Shown piece after piece: positions 32,294-40,298 of a stretch of 40,298 bases of DNA. Location of the stretch: the NCBI GenBank assembly GCA_009602735.1, contig WELA01000853.1:205967-246264 (forward strand). Direction: 5' to 3'. The position numbers were made by a program, and so were the translations under genes. The notes beneath the pieces are model-generated. The model was not told the origin of the DNA, made no database searches, and worked only from the letters and a program-made list of their open reading frames with translations. Every line of letters begins with the position of its first letter. Position 1 is the stretch's first letter. This stretch comes from Mesotaenium endlicherianum (Eukaryota).

Positions 32294-34273
32294 TTGCATC
32301 CTGGCGCCTGCTCCCCTTCTGCTTGCTTGTGCACGTGAGTAAGGGCGGCCACAGTGCCAGATGGCATCAGAGTGCGGCGGTCCCCTATTACTCCTCATCA
32401 TCATCATGTACAAAAACTGTGGCGTTTTGACGAGCAGGGCGCCTTGCAAAAAAGATAATACGGAGCTGGAGCGTAGGCTCTTTGACACCTGGCGCTGGCG
32501 CACTGCCAATCACACCATAACTAAGCCATAGGTGAAAAAAAGCCTGGTCGTCTAGGCAGAAGCCCTCAGACCCAACTCCTCATTCCTCTGGGTGTGCATG
32601 AGCGCAGAGAGATGGTTTAGTAGCCACTGCCAGGTCACCATGTGGGGAGGGTAAGCGCAGTGAGGCAGGGGGCAAGCAACAGCTGGACAGGGGCTTGCGG
32701 TGGCGGTGCATGCTCTTGCGCTCTTTGATCTCCCGACGCTGCCGGCGTTGAGAGGGCGGAGGTGGACAAGCACGGGGCAGAAGCCATGCTTGACCAGAGG
32801 AGGACACCGCAAGGGGGTCTTCATTGGTAAAACACACCTGGATACACCTTGATGCCCCTTGACACCGGTGGTTGCTTGCTCTCTCGCTCTATTTATGCTT
32901 TTGTGGCAGCTGGGTGATCTAGCGCGTGGGTGTTTTTGCAAGTTTGCGTGCAGCGTGCTTGAACAATTGCTCTTGCAGGCGGGAAACCCAGCCGATGCAT
33001 TGCATCGTTTTGAGGGGATGTGGGGTAGTGGGAAAGTGGGGAAGTGGGAGATGGGGGGGGAGGGGGGGTGGAGGATTTTATGTTGGCAACCATCTACACT
33101 GGAAGAAAAGTGAGGGTGAGAGGCTTGGGATGAAAAAGGCGAGCAAGCGCCAAAAGAGGGGAGGGAGTGGGGGGGGGAGTAGATGTATGATTCATGACTG
33201 GTCGGGCTTCAGGCCAGCAGATGTCGACTCTGCCCCACCTCAATGGGGCGTTGGAAAGACGTCAAACAGGGCCCGCTGGCACGCTCTAGCTTTGCCACCT
33301 AGCTCCCTGGCTTGAGCCTTGCACTGACCCTCCCACTTTGTATCCCACTTGGCTGCATGCTGGCTAGCTGTGGCGTAAATTTTTGGTTGCTTCCAGCATG
33401 GGCTGCTCGCTCGCTCGCTTGCTCCCTTGCTTGCTTGCTCGCTCACTCTGGTGGGCTGCCGGCAAAGGCCATCCGATTGATAGGGACCGTGCGCTTTATG
33501 AGTGTTTCTTGATACGTTTATTAGATATTTTACTTCATACAGCTAGGTTGAACTTCTCTCTAAGATGGAAGTGGAGAAACGTGTACCTGTAAATTATAAT
33601 AAGACAAGAGTCCCAACTGTGCTTCTTTGATGTATAAGTACTCACAGCTTCATACACGAATATCTCATGTATATTTGCTTGTCAATTTGCCAGACAATCA
33701 TTTGAATTCCTGCATATTGCAATGTCTAATTGCGACAAAGCCACTTAGTTTCCTACCTTTTTCCGTAAAGAAGCAGCAACAAGCCAGATTATGAATTGCA
33801 TGTGCGCCAAACACCCTAGCTTGCACAAAGACAGCACTCCCTGAGTCCCTCCAATATTTTTATTCAAAAGTTTCATCAAGCATGAAAATTGAAACATTGT
33901 TTTTTCATCTCTATGCGTCGTCTTTAGTGACACTACTTGCACAAGTTGATGCCCACTTCTCGTAGTGTGCAATCATTTCAGAAAAAGAAAAAGTTCCTAC
34001 TTCCAAAATTTGGTGGTCAAAGCTATCGTCCCAGCAGAACAAACTAGTGACTACATACATGTCAAAGTTTCTGTACATGACTTACAATGACGAACACGCG
34101 GCAGAGTTGACTGGCAAATATGACCACACGATACCCATACAAGGTGAGTTGCTCACTTCCCGGGAGATGACGAGCCCACAACTCCAAACAGGAAGAATAA
34201 GAGGCTGGAAACACAACCAATAGCTAACTACAGGCGTCTGTCGTACTGCTACAGATTACCCGCTGTCAAAAAA

Positions 34274-36806
34274 TTAATTGTCCTCGGAAGCAGATGTCCA
34301 GCTGCCAGAAATCTCACTATCTTCCTCACTCCAGCTGTCCGAGCCTCCACTCTCATTGCTCCCCTCCACAGCTTGGCGCCTTGTGTCTTTGAAGAGCTGC
34401 CTGGCACTGCCAGGTGGCACTTTGCAACAGCGGCTCCCTTTAGCTGCATATTGTCCACAGCTCTCATACCAGGTGTGATTGATTATCGCATGTGCAGCGC
34501 ATTGAGACTGCCACTTGGCACCCCAACGTGAAGAGGCCACCAACAAGGCAAAGTGGCATGCAGGAGTCCAGCTTCAGCACCTGCAGACTGCATTTGAGTG
34601 CCGCGGGGATGTGCCACTTGGGCTCTCCTGGCTGCACTGTGAGCTCCTCTGAGTCCTCAAACTCCGAGTCATAGTCATCATTGCGAGACAATGTCACAGA
34701 CAAATAGGTGAGCTGACTGAGGTACTTGAGATGGGGCCAAGCCACTTTTTGAAAGAGGTTGATATCCAATGAACGCAGGTTAGGCGTTAACGCAAAGAAG
34801 TCTGGCTGAATTGCCACTGGATATATGGGCTCCAAATTGAGATTCTCCAGGAGAGTTAAGGGATCTCCAATCTTGGGAATAGCATCAGCCTCGATGTTCA
34901 AAGTTTGAAGGTTGGGGCCAAACCGCATCGTGTCCATGAAGGGGGTCGGCTCTTCTTCCGGATCTTCGTCACTGGGGGAAATTATTAGACTCATCAGATG
35001 ACGGCTCCTGAAGATTTTGCCCATCTTCTTTACAATAAACTGCAACAAAAAGGAGCCAATGCAATCCAAATTACGTTTCAGGTGAGTAAGGTCTGAGCTC
35101 AATATAAGTAAGAGCTGGGAGAGCAAGTGCACCGTAGGAGCTAACAGCAACGTCTGGCTTAAGTTTTAGGGCGCTTATCGGAAGACACGTCACCTCAAGC
35201 TTCTTGAGACTCGTCATTTCTTGCAAAGACTTTATCAGCAAGTTGCTGGAGGAGTCTGATAGGTCGTCAAATGCAAATCGCACAAATGGCGGAAAATTTG
35301 CCAGCCACAGCGGCGAAGGTGTTGACATTGTCGACCTTGTCAGCAGGATATGAAGCTCCTGAAGATTTTTGATCTGTCGAAGAGTTTTACTGACTGGGAT
35401 GCGGGAGAAAAAGAAGGAGTCATAGCTGAAAACGAGCTTCTTCATATTCACTTGTCTGCTAAAGTTCATGTCCTCCACTGCCTTCTCGTAGCTGCGCCAA
35501 TCAGTGTGATGAGAGCAGGTGAAATCGGAAGGCAAGCGCAGATACAATTCTTGGATGTTTACGTTGAGGGAAAGTAACAAGGAAAGATTGTTGAGGTCCA
35601 TCACATTGCCACCAAAGTCAAGGGTAAAGAACGTGACCAGCGGAAATTCTATGGCAAGCCTCCTCACAAAAATCATGTGGCCATTTGTCAAAGGATCCCC
35701 TACTGAGACATGTGTCACATTGTTGACTTCATGCAGCCGCCGGAGCGCCACATCTACATCCTCAACAAAATGACAGGATGCTTTCTTGAAAGTTGAGCGC
35801 AATACATTGCACCACCTGGTGCACACACTGCTCACGTTCTTGACTTGAGCCATGGATAGATTTGGCGTCTGCCCAGACCGCTGCTCAGCAGCTGGGTGCA
35901 AACAAACTGACCGCAAAATGACCTTCAGAATGTAAGCAGGCATGTCAAAAGTACTGGAAGCTGATGTCCCTGAAGAAGAGCAGCTTTGGTCCTGGTACAA
36001 ACAAGGACAAAATGAACTTCAATAAGTAACCTCCATAGTGACTAATTTTAATTTTAAACAAAGACAACATCACCAGGCATTCTTCTGTCGAACGGTCTAA
36101 CATTGAGGAGGCAGCAGGAGTTAGAGCCTAATACAGTGAAATGACCTACAAAACAAGGCTGCGTTTTGTAATCAAAGTGGATGCAGAAAAAGTTTGCAAC
36201 ACTTTGCAAATGGCGTGCTCAACATATAAGCTGCACCGTCACTTGTGTAGAGACATTTTCTGTAATTACATATGACCTGATGATAGCATATGAGACCACT
36301 GAAGCTTTAACATATAGATTGATATACTCACAGTACTTCTATTGATGAATTAAGATCATACGCAGGTCAAGTGAGGCCAGTGTCAAATAGGCTCTATCTT
36401 GCACTTATTCCTTGCTAAACGTACCATCTCATAATAAGCCTCACAATCTTTACCAGTCGCTGCTCCACATATATAGACTTAATAGTTGCCACTCATAGTG
36501 ATTAGGAACAGGTTGGCAGCATGTTAGCTGATATAATACAACGAGATATGCCTTCAACCAGCACATGAACCAAAATATTGGTCCTACATATATGATTCTT
36601 GCATGGAAAGTCCTTGCCAGTATATCTAGTTGCATGTGTATATTACAGTTCTGAAGTCAGAATTGAACCAATTTACAAACAAATATAGATGCTGAAAGTT
36701 GGTATACATTTTCCACGCCGTGAAGCTTCTCATGAGAACTCGAAGTGTCTGCTTTGCCTTTCCTAGTCTTGCCCTTCATTTTCCCCTTTGATTTTTTCAA
36801 ATCCAT
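34274..36806 (-). pseudogene. F-box/LRR-like paralogue 3 (best preserved); exons 36806-36708, 35991-35179, 35039-34274
   Basis: Exon 1 MDLKKSKGKMKGKTRKGK... (99 nt, phase 0). F-box-like FDMPAYILKVILRSV...VKNVSSVCTRW, followed by LRR-like units. The donor at 35178 reads AT instead of GT, and a +1 frameshift near 34481 precedes WYES..ARQLFKDTRR. Confidence 0.85.
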
Positions 36807-38285
36807 CGAGCAGAGTAGCTTCAGAGGCTATCTTCCAGTTACTGCAGGATGTGTATGTGACTACTTATAACTATATACTGGTATATGCTCAAGAAGCAAA
36901 CATTCAAGTCATGTTAAAGATTGACATGATGTCAATGTTTGGCGATTAAGGAGTGATTAGAAGAGTCCAGATAAGAAAAGTTCAGGAACTGTAGCTGGTT
37001 CTAATTAAGGGCTATGTTCATCGTCCGTTACAAAAGCTTGAGATCAATGTCTAAGAATGTTATGCAAATGCCCTGTAACCTTAATTTTAGCGCACATAAT
37101 TTTTTAATTGATGGTATATATTGAGCCGATTAAGTTGTGTATATACATATGTCCTTAAGTGAAGTTTTTGAGAGTCTTATGTTATGCACAAATGTCATTG
37201 CCAGGGACTAGTATGCGGAGAGTTATGTAGGCCGTCAATTGAAACGCTTTCGAAAAATAAAATACAATGTCTCGTTCCATTCCATTTTCCAGCGTGGATC
37301 GAGTACAATTGTTTCTCGAACAACCAAGGTAACTTTGTCGAAGGATATTATTGCTACTGCTTGCATGACAAGGCCCATTCAAAGTTGTCCCCCACTACTG
37401 CATACTTTACCATGAAGCAAACTACGGACGCGAGGCAATTCAGAGCGAGCCCATATACTCGTTAATTATTTAAGAAACTATATAACAATGTTCCGAGACA
37501 ATTTGGATTCACTTTATTCAAAAAGTAGGAGTTCGTCTTATTTCCCATCAGCCGCGTGTCGATTCGACCCGACCAGTTAAGCGACGGATCTGGGCGGCCA
37601 ATTAAGCTCAAAAATATACTGGCGCGTTTGTTTTGGACAATCATAACAGCGCGCGAGAAGGCGCAGAGAAGGCGTGATTGGTTACGACATTCTCTTAGTA
37701 TATATACCGTACGAAAAGTACACGTACGAAGGTAAAGCGTTTGATAGTTGGACGCAATCTCCGAATGATGAGCTTGTCCCAGCTCAACCTTGTTCCAGCT
37801 TGTCCCCCCTGCTTGTCCCGAATTCCGAAGTCCATCCAAAAACAGCTGTGCTTTTCATTTTGGCGCTGCTGGTCGATGAGACTGGAACGGTCTCTCCCTA
37901 GCTGTCTGCAGACTCCGCACTAATGATGAGCTGCTCTCCAGTTGAAGAAAAGATCACACCTAACTGCACAGTGCTGCTGTTCTAATAAAGGCCCGGGCCA
38001 TCTGCATTCCTCTTACTTCTTCAAACTTGCCTCTCTAGTTACTGGAGATGTGCAGATTTTAGCGACTGTATAGGGAGGGGCCTGCTTGTGGATGAGCAAA
38101 CACCTTTGGTCACACTGCCAGCTTGTGTACGGTCGCAGGGCCCAAAGAATAATACTGCTTCTTCGTTATTTGTGTTCTTCCTGACTAGGCATCGTAAGAG
38201 AGGGGTTTGGGAAAAGGGAGGTTGCTCGTCGTGCTGCGGGAGCAGGGAGGGAGCAGCTTTGCCAAGATGCCTTCCCCCACTGCAG

Positions 38286-39141
38286 GGTATAAGAATCACA
38301 CGTTTGAGCGTAGTCAGACGGGCGTCATGAACTTTCCGCGCTCGCTGACGTTCACACGCAGCATGGAGCGCAGCCACACCGTACACACGGGCGAGCGGAC
38401 GTTTGAGGACGCTGAGGCGGATCTGGAGGGTGACTACTACGAGGAGGAGGGCGACCTGTACGGAGCTCCTGACACTGGGACCTACTATGAGGACTCCGAA
38501 GCAGCAACGTCACCGCCGATGTCGCCGCCCAGGCGAAAGAGGACGGCCAGCATTGGCCAGGAAGAGGACATAGATATCCACCTGTACCCCCTCGGGCAGA
38601 GGCTGTCAGACAGGCCGCCACCTGATGTGAGTTTGTCGGTCCTGTTATTCTCGTCCTCCCTTTATAATTGCCATGGAACTCTGAGCCTTCCCTAGGAACA
38701 ACCTTCTTCAGGGGTATCAATATTGACATCGGTGTTCTATTTACACAGTTTGAGAGAGACTTTATTCTTTTCACATAATTTGGCAAACAACATGCTACTG
38801 TAGGTACCAGATTAGTACACTTGGGTTTAATCGCTCCGGAGGGGTACTCTTAGACACAGTCAGATGAAGCCACTGGTGCTCTTTGTGAAGCACATCATCT
38901 CATGGGAGAAATTGAGCGTTCGAAGGATACCATCGTGGTGGGGTCAACTTGGGTCAACTCGGAGTCAACTTCCGATGAGCAGGCGCAATCAGCTGGGGGC
39001 AGCATAGCAGGGGAACATCCTCGGTCAGCAGTTCACAGTCGGCCGAGGAGTCAAACAGGTCAACAGGTCACCCCGGTCAACATCACGAAGCGGTCAAAGC
39101 GGCAACCCCACGAAGGAATAAGCAGTAGAAGGGTGCTATGA
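38286..39141 (+). pseudogene. Unidentified acidic, low-complexity protein fragment (exon 38286-38626 plus probable downstream exon with an in-frame stop)
   Basis: Acceptor ccccactgcag at 38285 and donor GTGAGT at 38627. Coding-like text FEDAEADLEGDYYEEEGDLYG..SPPRRKRT. The downstream frame 38806-39141 contains one TAG. Confidence 0.4.
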
Positions 39142-39378
39142 GACTGACAGAGAGGGAGAGGTGGCTGGGGGGGCTGGGGGGGGTGTCCATTTGTACCTTT
39201 CCGACTGGTGGGAGGAAGGTAGAGCTGGGGCATCTCCTGGGGCAGGAGATGCCCCACAGCTTGGGAGCTATCTGTCATGACAGCTGGACTCCTGCTGTGC
39301 CGTGTGTCGCCCGTAGAGGCGTCAGATTGTGTCCGCACCTCACCCGCCCCACCACCCGCCCGCAGTCTCGCCCACCCC

Positions 39379-39382
<4 letters not shown>

Positions 39383-39415
<33 letters not shown>

Positions 39416-39422
39416 GCGCGCG

Positions 39423-39453
<31 letters not shown>
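39383..39453. repeat. Compound (CT)n-(CG)n-(CA)n microsatellite
   Basis: Direct read. Confidence 0.95.
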
Positions 39454-39458
<5 letters not shown>

Positions 39459-40298
39459 CTGCTCTTCCTCCGCCCCCCCCTTCCTCATGCCTCCTCTCTC
39501 GCCAGCGAGCAATTCCTCTCTCAAGTGGATGTCAAGAGGGAGAGATATTGGGAGAGCAGGAAGGGGCAGCAGAATTCACCCCCTCTTTCCGCATGTCCGA
39601 GAAGTGTTGCTCATGAGACTTGTTGAATGTTGTTGTTGTTGTTAGAGGGCCGGGGGGGGGAAGGGAGAGGAAGAAACTGGGGGGTGGCGGGGGGAAGGTG
39701 GAAAGGGTGAAGCTGAAGGATGAAGAGATGAGAAAGGGGAGGGGAGGGGAGGGTGAGCTGATATCGTGCCCCCCTTGTCACTGGTGCGGGCCAAGTATCA
39801 AGCATGACTTTTTGCATGTGGGTGCGTGCGTGGGTGCGTGGGTGGGTTTGGGGGCGGGGCTGGCGGCGGGGGCGCAGGCGCGGAGGTGCTGCTGACGCCC
39901 AAGTTCCTGGCCACCACTTGGGAGGGCTGGGGCACCAGCCTCTGCTGGTGCGTTCCAAACCCTAGCCCTAATCTGTTTGGAGAATCGTGAGCCTGACCCC
40001 TGGCCCCTGGTCAAACCCTACCGTCAACCTAGCACATAGGATGGGGAGGGGGAGGAGGGGCTGGGGGAGAGTGAGGGGGATTGCGCAGAGGCAAGGTAAC
40101 GTCGTCATGTCGCACGCGTGCCGCCTGCCGCCTGCTACTTGCCGCTGGCACCACCCGCTACTTTTCACCTGTCAGTTGCCACTTGTCAACATCGGCCGCC
40201 TGGCGCCACCTGGGGGCCTGCCGTGGGAGCCACCGAGAGAGGGACAGCGCGAGAGTGGGTAGGAGTCTGGAGTGTTCTTTGGTGGTGGGGGGGGGGGG

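Noticed and set aside
32075..32509. RS-domain protein on the minus strand
   Set aside because: Product of the (GCTCCT)n repeat; no RRM or other support.
33450..33550. Helitron 3' end (CTAG near 33545)
   Set aside because: No GC-rich hairpin at the expected distance upstream.
37184..37465. Cys-rich 93-aa ORF
   Set aside because: No recognisable zinc-finger spacing, splice context or paralogue.
37555..37580. tRNA/SINE B-box-like GATTCGACCC
   Set aside because: No cloverleaf or A-box found.
39060..40262. ORFs at the right end
   Set aside because: Driven by microsatellites and G-rich low complexity.

Overview
Eukaryotic nuclear DNA that is repeat-rich and looks heterochromatic. It is probably from a green-lineage (streptophyte-like) genome, judging by spliceosomal introns, a plant-type cyclin A exon structure, a tRNA-iMet PBS and CCCTAAA-type repeats. 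1-8242 (minus strand) is a nearly intact Ty3/Gypsy chromovirus: 5' LTR, PBS, gag, a -1 frameshift signal, PR-RT-RNaseH-IN-chromodomain, then a large non-Env third ORF with a textbook splice acceptor, bracketed by two copies of the PPT. This element is nested in the integrase of an older plus-strand Gypsy whose integrase ends in a PHD finger and whose 3' terminal region has an A-B-A repeat structure (8243-10859). The rest holds three decayed paralogues of an intron-containing F-box/LRR-like gene, a divergent and probably pseudogenised cyclin A, a faint putative transposase relic, GC-rich dispersed repeats with telomere-like motifs, a miRNA/MITE-like hairpin and an unidentified gene fragment. 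Several splice sites carry the same G>A lesion in a CHG context. The strongest candidate for an undescribed system is the chromovirus with a spliced, PPT-bracketed accessory ORF3. All family assignments are by eye; no database searches were run.
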